DNA of 64,000 bases from Eledone cirrhosa (GCA_964016885.1 OZ024742.1:364622001-364686000), one strand, 5' to 3'. Counted from the first letter of the stretch, positions 1-14,900 are shown. Translations and numbers: made by a program. Notes: generated by a model from the letters alone, not told the origin.

Positions 1-499
1 GAGTGTATATGGGTTGATAATAGAGAATACCGGTGTTTGTTGTTGTAGACTGTATATGGTTTGATAATAGAGAATACCGGTGTTTGTTGTTGTAGAGTGT
101 ATATGGTTTGATAATAGAGAATACCGGTGTTTGTTGTTTTAGACTGTATATGGTTTGATAATAGAGAATACCGGTGTTTGTTGTTGTAGAGTGTATATTG
201 TTTGGTAATAGAGAATACCGGTGTTTGTTGTTGTAGACTGTATATGGTTTGATAATAGAGAACACCGGTGTTTGTTGTTGTAGACTATATATGGTTTGGT
301 AATACAGAACACCGGTGTTTGTTGTTGTAGACTGTATATGGTTTGATAATATAGAATACCGGTGTTTGTTGTTGTAGACTGTATATGGTTTGATAATAGA
401 GAATACCGGTGTTTGTTGTTGTAGACTGTATATGGTTTGATAATAGAGAATACCGGTGTTTGTTGTTGTAGACTGTATATGGTTTGGTAATAGAGAATA

Positions 500-3400
500 C
501 CGGTGTTTGTTGTTGTAGACTGTATATGGTTTGATAATAGAGAATACCGGTGTTTGTTGTTGTAGACTGTATATGGTTTGATAATAGAGAATACCGGTGT
601 TTGTTGTTGTAGACTGTATATAGTTTGATAATAGAGAATACCGGTGTTTGTTGTAGTAGACTGTATATGGTTTGATAATAGAGAATACCGGTGTTTGTTG
701 TTGTAGAGTGTATATGGTTTGGTAATAGAGAATACCGGTGTTTGTTGTTGTAGACTGTATATGGTTTGATAATAGAGAATACCGGTGTTTGTTGTAGTAG
801 ACTGTATATGGTTTGATAATAGAGAATACCGGTGTTTGTTGTTGTAGAGTGTATATGGTTTGGTAATAGAGAATACCGGTGTTTGTTGTTGTAGACTGTA
901 TATGGTTTGGTAATAGAGAACACCGGTGTTTGTTGTTGTAGACTGTATATGGTTTGGTAATAGAGAATACCGGTGTTTGTTGTTGTAGACTGTATATGGT
1001 TTGGTAATAGAGAATACCGGTGTTTGTTGTTGTAGACTGTATATGGTTTGGTAATAGAGAATACCGGTGTTTGTTGTTGTAGACTGTATATGGTTTGATA
1101 ATAGAGAATACCGGTGTTTGTTGTTGTAGAGTGTATATGGTTTGGTAATAGAGAATACCGGTGTTTGTTGTTGTAGACTGTATATGGTTTGGTAATAGAG
1201 AATACCGGTGTTTGTTGTTGTAGACTGTATATGGTTTGGTAATAGAGAATACCGGTGTTTGTTGTTGTAGACTGTATATGGTTTGGTAATAGAGAAAACC
1301 AGTGTTTGTTGTTGTAGACTGTATATGGTTTGATAATAGAGAATACCGGTGTTTGTTGTTGTAGACTGTATATGGTTTGGTAATAGAGAATACTGGTGTT
1401 TGTTGTTGTAGACTGTATATGGTTTGGTAATAGAGAATACCGGTGTTTGTTGTAGTAGACTGTATATGGTTTGATAATAGAGAATACCGGTGTTTGTTGT
1501 TGTAGAGTGTATATGGGTTGATAATAGAGAATACCGGTGTTTGTTGTTGTAGACTGTATATGGTTTGATAATAGAGAATACCGGTGTTTGTTGTTGTAGA
1601 GTGTATATGGTTTGATAATAGAGAATACCGGTGTTTGTTGTTTTAGACTGTATATGGTTTGATAATAGAGAATACCGGTGTTTGTTGTTGTAGAGTGTAT
1701 ATTGTTTGGTAATAGAGAATACCGGTGTTTGTTGTTGTAGACTGTATATGGTTTGATAATAGAGAACACCGGTGTTTGTTGTTGTAGACTATATATGGTT
1801 TGGTAATACAGAACACCGGTGTTTGTTGTTGTAGACTGTATATGGTTTGATAATATAGAATACCGGTGTTTGTTGTTGTAGACTGTATATGGTTTGATAA
1901 TAGAGAATACCGGTGTTTGTTGTTGTAGACTGTATATGGTTTGATAATAGAGAATACCGGTGTTTGTTGTTGTAGACTGTATATGGTTTGGTAATAGAGA
2001 ATACCGCTGTTTGTTGTTGTAGACTGTATATGGTTTGATAATAGAGAATACCGGTGTTTGTTGTTGTAGACTGTATATGGTTTGATAATAGAGAATACCG
2101 GTGTTTGTTGTTGTAGAGTGTATATGGTTTGGTAATAGAGAATACCGGTGTTTGTTGTTGTAGACTGTATATGGTTTGGTAATAAAGAATACAGTTGTTT
2201 GTTGTTGTAGACTGTATATGGTTTGGTAATAGAGAATACCGGTGTTTGTTGTTGTAGACTGTATATGGTTTGATAATAGAGAATACCGGTGTTTGTTGTT
2301 GTAGACTGTATATGGTTTGGTAATAAAGAATACAGTTGTTTGTTGTTGTAGACTGTATATGGTTTGGTAATAGAGAATACCGGTGTTTGTTGTTGTAGAC
2401 TGTATATGGTTTGATAATAGAGAATACCGGTGTTTGTTGTTGTAGACTGTATATGGTTTGGTAATAAAGAATACAGTTGTTTGTTGTTGTAGACTGTATA
2501 TGGTTTGGTAATAGAGAATACCGGTGTTTGTTGTTGTAGACTGTATATGGTTTGATAATACAGAATACCGGTGTTTGTTGTTGTAGACTGTATATGGTTT
2601 GGTAATAAAGAATACAATTGTTTGTTGTAGACTGTATATGGTTTGGTAATAGAGAATACCGGTGTTTGTTGTTGTAGACTGTATATGGTTTGATAATAGA
2701 GAATACCGGTGTTTGTTGTTGTAGACTGTATATGGTTTGGTAATATAGAATACAGTTGTTTGTTGTTGTTGACTGTATATGGTTTGGTAATAGAGAATAC
2801 CGGTGTTTGTTGTTGTAGACTGTATATGGTTTGATAATAGAGAATACCGGTGTGTGTTGTTGTAGACTGTATATGGTTTGGTAATAAAGAATACAGTTGT
2901 TTGTTGTTGTAGACTGTATATGGTTTGGTAATAGAGAATACCGGTGTTTGTTGTTGTAGACTGCATATGGTTTGATAATAGAGAATACCGGTGTTTGTTG
3001 TTGTAGACTGTATATGGTTTGGTAATAGAGAATACCGGTGTTTGTTGTTGTAGACTGTATATGGTTTGATAATAGAGAATACCGGTGTTTGTTGTTGTAG
3101 ACTGTATATGGTTTGGTAATAAAGAATACAGTTGTTTGTTGTTGTAGACTGTATATGGTTTGGTAATAGAGAATACCGGTGTTTGTTGTTGTAGACTGTA
3201 TATGGTTTGATAATAGAGAATACCGGTGTTTGTTGTTGTAGACTGTATATGGTTTGGTACTAAAGAATACAGTTGTTTGTTGTTGTAGACTGTATATGGT
3301 TTGGTAATAGAGAATACCGGTGTTTGTTGTTGTAGACTGTATATGGTTTGATAATAGAGAATACCGGTGTTTGTTGTTGTAGACTGTATATGGTTTGGTA

Positions 3401-6400
3401 ATAAAGAATACAGTTGTTTGTTGTTGTAGACTGTATATGGTTTGGTAATAGAGAATACCGGTGTTTGTTGTTGTAGACTGTATATGGTTTGATAATAGAG
3501 AATACGGGTGTTTGTTGTTGTAGACTGTATATGGTTTGGTAATAAAGAATACAGTTGTTTGTTGTTGTAGACTGTATATGGTTTGGTAATAGAGAATACC
3601 GGTGTTTGTTGTTGTAGACTGTATATGGTTTGATAATAGAGAATACCGGTGTTAGTTGTTGTAGACTGTATATGGTTTGATAATAGAGAATACTGGTGTT
3701 TGTTGTTGTAGACTGTATATGGTTTGGTAATAGAGAATACCGGTGTTTGTTGTAGTAGACTGTATATGGTTTGATAATAGAGAATACCGGTGTTTGTTGT
3801 TGTAGAGTGTATATGGTTTGATAATAGAGAATACCGGTGTTAGTTGTTGTAGACTGTATATGGTTTGATAATAGAGAATACTGGTGTTTGTTGTTGTAGA
3901 CTGTATATGGTTTGGTAATAGAGAATACCGGTGTTTGTTGTAGTAGACTGTATATGGTTTGATAATAGAGAATACCGGTGTTTGTTGTTGTAGAGTGTAT
4001 ATGGGTTGATAATAGAGAATACCGGTGTTTGTTGTTGTAGACTGTATATGGTTTGATAACAGAGAATACCGGTGTTTGTTGTTGTAGAGTGTATATTGTT
4101 TGGTAATAGAGAATACCGGTGTTTGTTGTTGTAGACTGTATATGGTTTGATAATAGAGAACACCGGTGTTTGTTGTTGTAGACTATATATGGTTTGGTAA
4201 TACAGAACACCGGTGTTTGTTGTTGTAGACTGTATATGGTTTGATAATATAGAATACCGGTGTTTGTTGTTGTAGACTGTATATGGTTTGATAATAGAGA
4301 ATACCGGTGTTTGTTGTTGTAGACTGTATATGGTTTGATAATAGAGAATACCGGTGTTTGTTGTTGTAGACTGTATATAGTTTGATAATAGAGAATACCG
4401 GTGTTTGTTGTAGTAGACTGTATATGGTTTGATAATAGAGAATACCGGTGTTTGTTGTTGTAGAGTGTATATGGTTTGGTAATAGAGAATACCGGTGTTT
4501 GTTGTTGTAGACTGTATATGGTTTGATAATAGAGAATACCGGTGTTTGTTGTAGTAGACTGTATATGGTTTGATAATAGAGAATACCGGTGTTTGTTGTT
4601 GTAGAGTGTATATGGTTTGGTAATAGAGAATACCGGTGTTTGTTGTTGTAGACTGTATATGGTTTGGTAATAGAGAACACCGGTGTTTGTTGTTGTAGAC
4701 TGTATATGGTTTGGTAATAGAGAATACCGGTGTTTGTTGTTGTAGACTGTATATGGTTTGGTAATAGAGAATACCGGTGTTTGTTGTTGTAGACTGTATA
4801 TGGTTTGGTAATAGAGAATACCGGTGTTTGTTGTTGTAGACTGTATATGGTTTGATAATAGAGAATACCGGTGTTTGTTGTTGTAGAGTGTATATGGTTT
4901 GGTAATAGAGAATACCGGTGTTTGTTGTTGTAGACTGTATATGGTTTGGTAATAGAGAATACCGGTGTTTGTTGTTGTAGACTGTATATGGTTTGGTAAT
5001 AGAGAATACCGGTGTTTGTTGTTGTAGACTGTATATGGTTTGGTAATAGAGAAAACCAGTGTTTGTTGTTGTAGACTGTATATGGTTTGATAATAGAGAA
5101 TACCGGTGTTTGTTGTTGTAGACTGTATATGGTTTGGTAATAGAGAATACTGGTGTTTGTTGTTGTAGACTGTATATGGTTTGGTAATAGAGAATACCGG
5201 TGTTTGTTGTAGTAGACTGTATATGGTTTGATAATAGAGAATACCGGTGTTTGTTGTTGTAGAGTGTATATGGGTTGATAATAGAGAATACCGGTGTTTG
5301 TTGTTGTAGACTGTATATGGTTTGATAATAGAGAATACCGGTGTTTGTTGTTGTAGAGTGTATATGGTTTGATAATAGAGAATACCGGTGTTTGTTGTTT
5401 TAGACTGTATATGGTTTGATAATAGAGAATACCGGTGTTTGTTGTTGTAGAGTGTATATTGTTTGGTAATAGAGAATACCGGTGTTTGTTGTTGTAGACT
5501 GTATATGGTTTGATAATAGAGAACACCGGTGTTTGTTGTTGTAGACTATATATGGTTTGGTAATACAGAACACCGGTGTTTGTTGTTGTAGACTGTATAT
5601 GGTTTGATAATATAGAATACCGGTGTTTGTTGTTGTAGACTGTATATGGTTTGATAATAGAGAATACCGGTGTTTGTTGTTGTAGACTGTATATGGTTTG
5701 ATAATAGACAATACCGGTGTTTGTTGTTGTAGACTGTATATGGTTTGGTAATAGAGAATACCGGTGTTTGTTGTTGTAGACTGTATATGGTTTGATAATA
5801 GAGAATACCGGTGTTTGTTGTTGTAGACTGTATATGGTTTGATAATAGAGAATACCGGTGTTTGTTGTTGTAGAGTGTATATGGTTTGGTAATAGAGAAT
5901 ACCGGTGTTTGTTGTTGTAGACTGTATATGGTTTGGTAATAAAGAATACAGTTGTTTGTTGTTGTAGACTGTATATGGTTTGGTAATAGAGAATACCGGT
6001 GTTTGTTGTTGTAGACTGTATATGGTTTGATAATAGAGAATACCGGTGTTTGTTGTTGTAGACTGTATATGGTTTGGTAATAAAGAATACAGTTGTTTGT
6101 TGTTGTAGACTGTATATGGTTTGGTAATAGAGAATACCGGTGTTTGTTGTTGTAGACTGTATATGGTTTGATAATAGAGAATACCGGTGTTTGTTGTTGT
6201 AGACTGTATATGGTTTGGTAATAAAGAATACAGTTGTTTGTTGTTGTAGACTGTATATGGTTTGGTAATAGAGAATACCGGTGTTTGTTGTTGTAGACTG
6301 TATATGGTTTGATAATACAGAATACCGGTGTTTGTTGTTGTAGACTGTATATGGTTTGGTAATAAAGAATACAATTGTTTGTTGTAGACTGTATATGGTT

Positions 6401-7800
6401 TGGTAATAGAGAATACCGGTGTTTGTTGTTGTAGACTGTATATGGTTTGATAATAGAGAATACCGGTGTTTGTTGTTGTAGACTGTATATGGTTTGGTAA
6501 TATAGAATACAGTTGTTTGTTGTTGTTGACTGTATATGGTTTGGTAATAGAGAATACCGGTGTTTGTTGTTGTAGACTGTATATGGTTTGATAATAGAGA
6601 ATACCGGTGTGTGTTGTTGTAGACTGTATATGGTTTGGTAATAAAGAATACAGTTGTTTGTTGTTGTAGACTGTATATGGTTTGGTAATAGAGAATACCG
6701 GTGTTTGTTGTTGTAGACTGCATATGGTTTGATAATAGAGAATACCGGTGTTTGTTGTTGTAGACTGTATATGGTTTGGTAATAGAGAATACCGGTGTTT
6801 GTTGTTGTAGACTGTATATGGTTTGATAATAGAGAATACCGGTGTTTGTTGTTGTAGACTGTATATGGTTTGGTAATAAAGAATACAGTTGTTTGTTGTT
6901 GTAGACTGTATATGGTTTGGTAATAGAGAATACCGGTGTTTGTTGTTGTAGACTGTATATGGTTTGATAATAGAGAATACCGGTGTTTGTTGTTGTAGAC
7001 TGTATATGGTTTGGTACTAAAGAATACAGTTGTTTGTTGTTGTAGACTGTATATGGTTTGGTAATAGAGAATACCGGTGTTTGTTGTTGTAGACTGTATA
7101 TGGTTTGATAATAGAGAATACCGGTGTTTGTTGTTGTAGACTGTATATGGTTTGGTAATAAAGAATACAGTTGTTTGTTGTTGTAGACTGTATATGGTTT
7201 GGTAATAGAGAATACCGGTGTTTGTTGTTGTAGACTGTATATGGTTTGATAATAGAGAATACGGGTGTTTGTTGTTGTAGACTGTATATGGTTTGGTAAT
7301 AAAGAATACAGTTGTTTGTTGTTGTAGACTGTATATGGTTTGGTAATAGAGAATACCGGTGTTTGTTGTTGTAGACTGTATATGGTTTGATAATAGAGAA
7401 TACCGGTGTTAGTTGTTGTAGACTGTATATGGTTTGATAATAGAGAATACTGGTGTTTGTTGTTGTAGACTGTATATGGTTTGGTAATAGAGAATACCGG
7501 TGTTTGTTGTAGTAGACTGTATATGGTTTGATAATAGAGAATACCGGTGTTTGTTGTTGTAGAGTGTATATGGGTTGATAATAGAGAATACCGGTGTTTG
7601 TTGTTGTAGACTGTATATGGTTTGATAACAGAGAATACCGGTGTTTGTTGTTGTAGAGTGTATATTGTTTGGTAATAGAGAATACCGGTGTTTGTTGTTG
7701 TAGACTGTATATGGTTTGATAATAGAGAACACCGGTGTTTGTTGTTGTAGACTATATATGGTTTGGTAATACAGAACACCGGTGTTTGTTGTTGTAGACT
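500..7800. repeat. Tandem duplication with period about 3757 bp (80 monomers minus 3 bp)
   Basis: Rare variants pair at offset 3757: tatag 622/4379, ctgcat 2966/6723, the 44-bp monomer 2617/6374, gttag 3654/7411. The offset changes by whole monomers at the ends (3898 and 3569). Confidence 0.9.
2163..3569. repeat. 141-bp three-monomer higher-order repeat block (C-A-B), repeated at 5920-7326
   Basis: The C monomer (ggtaatAaagaatacAgTtg) starts at 2163, 2304, 2445, 2586, 2724, 2865, then 3100, 3241, 3382, 3523, usually followed by one GGT and one GAT monomer. Confidence 0.92.
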
Positions 7801-10800
7801 GTATATGGTTTTATAATATAGAATACCGGTGTTTGTTGTTGTAGACTGTATATGGTTTGATAATAGAGAATACCGGTGTTTGTTGTTGTAGACTGTATAT
7901 GGTTTGATAATAGAGAATACCGGTGATTGTTGTTGTAGACTGTATATGGTTTCATAATAGAGAATACTGGTGATTGTTGTTGTAGACTGTATATGGTTTG
8001 ATAATAGAGAATACCGGTGTTTGTTGTTGTAGACTGTATATGGTTTGATAATAGAGAATACCGGTGTTTGTTGTTGTAGACTGTATATGGTTTGATAATA
8101 GAGAATACCGGTGTTTGTTGTTGTAGACTGTATATGGTTTGATAATAGAGAATACCGGTGTTTGTTGTTGTAGACTGTATATGGTTTGATAATAGAGAAT
8201 ACCGGTGTTTGTTGTTGTAGACTGTATATGGTTTGGTAATAAAGAATACAGTTGTTTGTTGTTGTAGACTGTATATGGTTTGGTAATAGAGTATACCGGT
8301 GTTTGTTGTTGTAGACTGTATATGGTTTGATAATAGAGAATACGGGTGTTTGTTGTTGTAGACTGTATATGGTTTGATAATAGAGAATACCGGTGTTTGT
8401 TGTTGTAGACTGTATATGGTTTGATGATAGAGAATACCGGTGTTTGTTGTTGTAGACTGTATATGGTTTGGTAATAGAGAATACCGGTGTTTGTTGTTGT
8501 AGACTGTATATGGTTTGATAATAGAGAATACCGGTGTTTGTTGTTGTAGACTGTATATGGTTTGATAATAGAGAATACCGGTGTTTGTTGTTGTAGACTG
8601 TATATGGTTTGATAATAGAGAATACCGGTGTTTGTTGTTGTAGGGTGTATATGGTTTAGTAATAGAGAATACCGGTGTTTGTTGTTGTAGAGTGTATATG
8701 GTTTGATAATAGAGAATACCGGTGTTTGTTGTTGTAGACTGTATATGGTTTGGTAATAAAGAATACAGTTGTTTGTTGTTGTAGACTGTATATGGTTTGG
8801 TAATAGACAATACCGGTGTTTGTTGTTGTAGACTTATATGGTTTGATAATAGAGAATACCGGTGTTTGTTGTAGTAGACTGTATGTGGTTTGGTAATAGA
8901 GAATACCCGTGTTTGTTGTTGTAGACTGTATATGGTTTGATAATAGAGAATCCCGGTGTTTGTTGTTGTAGACTGTATATGGTTTGGTAATAAAGAATAC
9001 AGTTGTTTGTTGTTGTAGACTGTATATGGTTTAGTAATAGAGAATACCGGTGTTTGTTGTTGTAGACTGTATATGGTTTGATAATAGAGAATACCGCTGT
9101 TTGTTGTTGTAGACTGTATATGGTTTGGTAATAAAGAATACAGTTGTTTGTTGTTGTAGACTGTATATGGTTTGGTAATAGAGAATACCGGTGTTTGTTG
9201 TTGTAGACTGTATATGGTTTGATAATAGAGAATGCCGGTGTGTGTTGTTGTAGACTGTATATGGTTTGGTAATAAAGAATACAGTTGTTTGTTGTTGTAG
9301 ACTGTATATGGTTTGGTAATAGAGAATACCGGTGTTTGTTGTTGTAGACTGTATATGGTTTGATAATAGAGAATACCGGTGTTTGTTGTTGTAGACTGTA
9401 TATGGTTTGGTAATAAAGAATACAGTTGTTTGTTGTTGTAGACTGTATATGGTTTGGTAATAGAGAATACCGGTGTTTGTTGTTGTAGACTGTATATGGT
9501 TTGATAATAGAGAATACCGGTGTTTGTTGTTGTAGACTGTATATGGTTTGGTACTAAAGAATACAGTTGTTTGTTGTTGTAGACTGTATATGGTTTGGTA
9601 ATAGAGAATACCGGTGTTTGTTGTTGTAGACTGTATATGGTTTGATAATAGAGAATACCGGTGTTTGTTGTTGTAGACTGTATATGGTTTGGTAATAAAG
9701 AATACAGTTGTTTGTTGTTGTAGACTGTATATGGTTTGGTAATAGAGAATACCGGTGTTTGTTGTTGTAGACTGTATATGGTTTGATAATAGAGAATACC
9801 GGTGTTTGTTGTTGTAGACTGTATATGGTTTGGTAATAAAGAATACAGTTGTTTGTTGTTGTAGACTGTATATGGTTTGGTAATAGAGAATACCGGTGTT
9901 TGTTGTTGTAGACTGTATATGGTTTGATAATAGAGAATACCGGTGTTAGTTGTTGTAGACTGTATATGGTTTGATAATAGAGAATACTGGTGTTTGTTGT
10001 TGTAGACTGTATATGGTTTGGTAATAGAGAATACCGGTGTTTGTTGTAGTAGACTGTATATGGTTTGATAATAGAGAATACCGGTGTTTGTTGTTGTAGA
10101 GTGTATATGGGTTGATAATAGAGAATACCGGTGTTTGTTGTTGTAGACTGTATATGGTTTGATAACAGAGAATACCGGTGTTTGTTGTTGTAGAGTGTAT
10201 ATTGTTTGGTAATAGAGAATACCGGTGTTTGTTGTTGTAGACTGTATATGGTTTGATAATAGAGAACACCGGTGTTTGTTGTTGTAGACTATATATGGTT
10301 TGGTAATACAGAACACCGGTGTTTGTTGTTGTAGACTGTATATGGTTTGATAATATAGAATACCGGTGTTTGTTGTTGTAGACTGTATATGGTTTGATAA
10401 TAGAGAATACCGGTGTTTGTTGTTGTAGACTGTATATGGTTTGATAATAGAGAATACCGGTGATTGTTGTTGTAGACTGTATATGGTTTCATAATAGAGA
10501 ATACTGGTGATTGTTGTTGTAGACTGTATATGGTTTGATAATAGAGAATACCGGTGTTTGTTGTTGTAGACTGTATATGGTTTGATAATAGAGAATACCG
10601 GTGTTTGTTGTTGTAGACTGTATATGGTTTGATAATAGAGAATACCGGTGTTTGTTGTTGTAGACTGTATATGGTTTGATAATAGAGAATACCGGTGTTT
10701 GTTGTTGTAGACTGTATATGGTTTGATAATAGAGAATACCGGTGTTTGTTGTTGTAGACTGTATATGGTTTGGTAATAAAGAATACAGTTGTTTGTTGTT

Positions 10801-11950
10801 GTAGACTGTATATGGTTTGGTAATAGAGTATACCGGTGTTTGTTGTTGTAGACTGTATATGGTTTGATAATAGAGAATACGGGTGTTTGTTGTTGTAGAC
10901 TGTATATGGTTTGATAATAGAGAATACCGGTGTTTGTTGTTGTAGACTGTGTATGGTTTGATGATAGAGAATACCGGTGTTTGTTGTTGTAGACTGTATA
11001 TGGTTTGGTAATAGAGAATACCGGTGTTTGTTGTTGTAGACTGTATATGGTTTGATAATAGAGAATACCGATGTTTGTTGTTGTAGACTGTATATGGTTT
11101 GATAATAGAGAATACCGGTGTTTGTTGTTGTAGACTGTATATGGTTTGATAATAGAGAATACCGGTGTTTGTTGTTGTAGAGTGTATATGGTTTGGTAAT
11201 AGAGAATACCGGTGTTTGTTGTTGTAGAGTGTATATGGTTTGATAATAGAGAATACCGGTGTTTGTTGTTGTAGACTGTATATGGTTTGGTAATAAAGAA
11301 TACAGTTGTTTGTTGTTGTAGACTGTATATGGTTTGGTAATAGACAATACCGGTGTTTGTTGTTGTAGACTTATATGGTTTGATAATAGAGAATACCGGT
11401 GTTTGTTGTAGTAGACTGTATGTGGTTTGGTAATAGAGAATACCCGTGTTTGTTGTTGTAGACTGTATATGGTTTGATAATAGAGAATCCCGGTGTTTGT
11501 TGTTGTAGACTGTATATGGTTTGGTAATAAAGAATACAGTTGTTTGTTGTTGTAGACTGTATATGGTTTGGTAATAGAGAATACCGGTGTTTGTTGTTGT
11601 AGACTGTATATGGTTTGATAATAGAGAATACCGCTGTTTGTTGTTGTAGACTGTATATGGTTTGGTAATAAAGAATACAGTTGTTTGTTGTTGTAGACTG
11701 TATATGGTTTGGTAATAGAGAATACCGGTGTTTGTTGTTGTAGACTGTATATGGTTTGATAATAGAGAATGCCGGTGTGTGTTGTTGTAGACTGTATATG
11801 GTTTGGTAATAAAGAATACAGTTGTTTGTTGTTGTAGACTGTATATGGTTTGGTAATAGAGAATACCGGTGTTTGTTGTTGTAGACTGTATATGGTTTGA
11901 TAATAGAGAATACCGGTGTTTGTTGTTGTAGACTGTATATGGTTTGGTAA
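6800..11950. repeat. Tandem duplication with period 2537 bp (54 monomers minus 1 bp)
   Basis: Paired variants at offset 2537: gtactaa 7017/9554, ORFs 7409/9946, gtgatt 7926/10463, aatgccgg 9234/11771. Confidence 0.9.
8971..9863. repeat. 141-bp three-monomer higher-order repeat block with seven consecutive C monomers
   Basis: C monomers start at 8971, 9112, 9253, 9394, 9535, 9676 and 9817, spaced 141 bp apart. Confidence 0.92.
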
Positions 11951-14900
11951 TAGAGAATACCGGTGTTTGTTGTTGTAGACTGTATATGGTTTGGTAATAG
12001 AGAATACCGATGTTTGTTGTTGTAGACTGTATATGGTTTGGTAATAGAGAAAACCAGTGTTTGTTGTTGTAGACTGTATATGGTTTGATAATAGAGAATA
12101 CCGGTGTTTGTTGTTGTAGACTGTATATGGTTTGGTAATAGAGAATACTGGTGTTTGTTGTTGTAGACTGTATATGGTTTGGTAATAGAGAATACCGGTG
12201 TTTGTTGTAGTAGACTGTATATGGTTTGATAATAGAGAATACCGGTGTTTGTTGTTGTAGAGTGTATATGGGTTGATAATAGAGAATACCGGTGTTTGTT
12301 GTTGTAGAGTGTATATGGTTTGATAATAGAGAATACCGGTGTTTGTTGTTGTAGAGTGTATATGGTTTGGTAATAGAGAATACCGGTGTTTGTTGTTGTA
12401 GACTGTATATGGTTTGATAATAGAGAATACCGGTGTTTGTTGTAGTAGACTGTATATGGTTTGATAATAGAGAATACCGGTGTTTGTTGTTGTAGAGTGT
12501 ATATGGTTTGGTAATAGAGAATACCGGTGTTTGTTGTTGTAGACTGTATATGGTTTGATAATAGAGAATACCGGTGTTTGTTGTAGTAGACTGTATATGG
12601 TTTGATAATAGAGAATACCGGTGTTTGTTGTTGTAGACTGTATATGGTTTGGTAATAGAGAACACCGGTGTTTGTTGTTGTAGACTGTATATGGTTTGGT
12701 AATAGAGAATACCGGTGTTTGTTGTTGTAGACTGTATATGGTTTGGTAATAGAGAATACCGGTGTTTGTTGTTGTAGACTGTATATGTTTTGATAATAGA
12801 GAATACCGGTGTTTGTTGTTGTAGACTGTATATGGTTTGATAATAGAGAATACCGGTGTTTGTTGTAGTAGAGTGTATATGGTTTGGTAATAGAGAATAC
12901 CGGTGTTTGTTGTTGTAGACTGTATATGGTTTGGTAATAGAGAATACCGGTGTTTGTTGTTGTAGACTGTATATGGTTTGGTAATAGAGAATACCGGTGT
13001 TTGTTGTTGTAGACTGTATATGGTTTGGTAATAGAGAAAACCAGTGTTTGTTGTTGTAGACTGTATATGGTTTGATAATAGAGAATACCGGTGTTTGTTG
13101 TTGTATACTGTATATGGTTTGGTAATAGAGAATACTGGTGTTTGTTGTTGTAGACTGTATATGGTTTGGTAATAGAGAATACCGGTGTTTGTTGTAGTAG
13201 ACTGTATATGTTTTGATAATAGAGAATACCGGTGTTTGTTGTTGTAGAGTGTATATGGGTTGATAATAGAGAATACCGGTGTTTGTTGTTGTAGACTGTA
13301 TATGGTTTGATAATAGAGAATACCGGTGTTTGTTGTTGTAGAGTGTATATGGTTTGATAATAGAGAATACCGGTGTTTGTTGTTGTAGACTGTATATGGT
13401 TTGATAATAGAGAATACCGGTGTTTGTTGTTGTAGAGTGTATATTGTTTGGTAATAGAGAATACCGGTGTTTGTTGTTGTAGACTGTATATGGTTTGATA
13501 ATAGAGAACACCGGTGTTTGTTGTTGTAGACTATATATGGTTTGGTAATACAGAACACCGGTGTTTGTTGTTGTAGACTGTATATGGTTTGATAATATAG
13601 AATACCGGTGTTTGTTGTTGTAGACTGTATATGGTTTGATAATAGAGAATACCGGTGTTTGTTGTTGTAGACTGTATATGGTTTGATAATAGAGAATACC
13701 GGTGTTTGTTGTTGTAGACTGTATATGGTTTGGTAATAGAGAATACCGGTGTTTGTTGTTGTAGACTGTATATGGTTTGATAATAGAGAATACCGGTGTT
13801 TGTTGTTGTAGACTGTATATGGTTTGATAATAGAGAATACCGGTGTTTGTTGTTGTAGACTGTATATGGTTTGATAATAGAGAATACCGGTGTTTGTTGT
13901 TGTAGAGTGTATATGGTTTGTTAATAGAGAATACCGGTGTTTGTTGTTGTAGAGTGTATATGGTTTGGTAATAAAGAATACAGTTGTTTGTTGTTGTAGA
14001 CTGTATATGGTTTGGTAATAGAGAATACCGGTGTTTGTTGTTGTAGACTGTATATGGTTTGATAATAGAGAATACCGGTGTTTGTTGTTGTAGACTGTAT
14101 ATGGTTTGGTAATAAAGAATACAGTTGTTTGTTGTTGTAGACTGTATATGGTTTGGTAATAGAGAATACCGGTGTTTGTTGTTGTAGACTGTATATGGTT
14201 TGATAATAGAGAATACCGGTGTTTGTTGTTGTAGACTGTATATGGTTTGGTAATAAAGAATACAGTTGTTTGTTGTTGTAGACTGTATATGGTTTGGTAA
14301 TAGAGAATACCGGTGTTTGTTGTTGTAGACTGTATATGGTTTGATAATAGAGAATACCGGTGTTTGTTGTTGTAGACTGTATATGGTTTGGTAATAAAGA
14401 ATACAGTTGTTTGTTGTTGTAGACTGTATATGGTTTGGTAATAGAGAATACCGGTGTTTGTTGTTGTAGACTGTATATGGTTTGGTAATAGAGAACACCG
14501 GTGTTTGTTGTTGTAGACTGTATATGGTTTGATAATAAAGAATGCCGGTGTTTGTTGTTGTAGACTGTATATTGTTTGGTAATAGAGAATACCGGTGTTT
14601 GTTGTTGTAGACTGTATATGGTTTGATAATAGAGAATACTGGTGTTTGTGTGTGTAGAGTGTATATGGTTTAGTAATAGAGAATACCGGTGTTTGTTGTT
14701 GTAGACTGTATATGGTTTGGTAATAGAGAATACCGGTGTTTGTTGTTGTAGACTGTATATGGTTTGGTAATAGAGAATACCGGTGTTTGTTGTTGTAGAC
14801 TGTATATGGTTTGATAATAGAGAATACCGGTGTTTGTTGTTGTAGAGTGTATATGGTTTGATAATAGAGAATACCGGTGTTTGTTGTTGTAGAGTGTATA

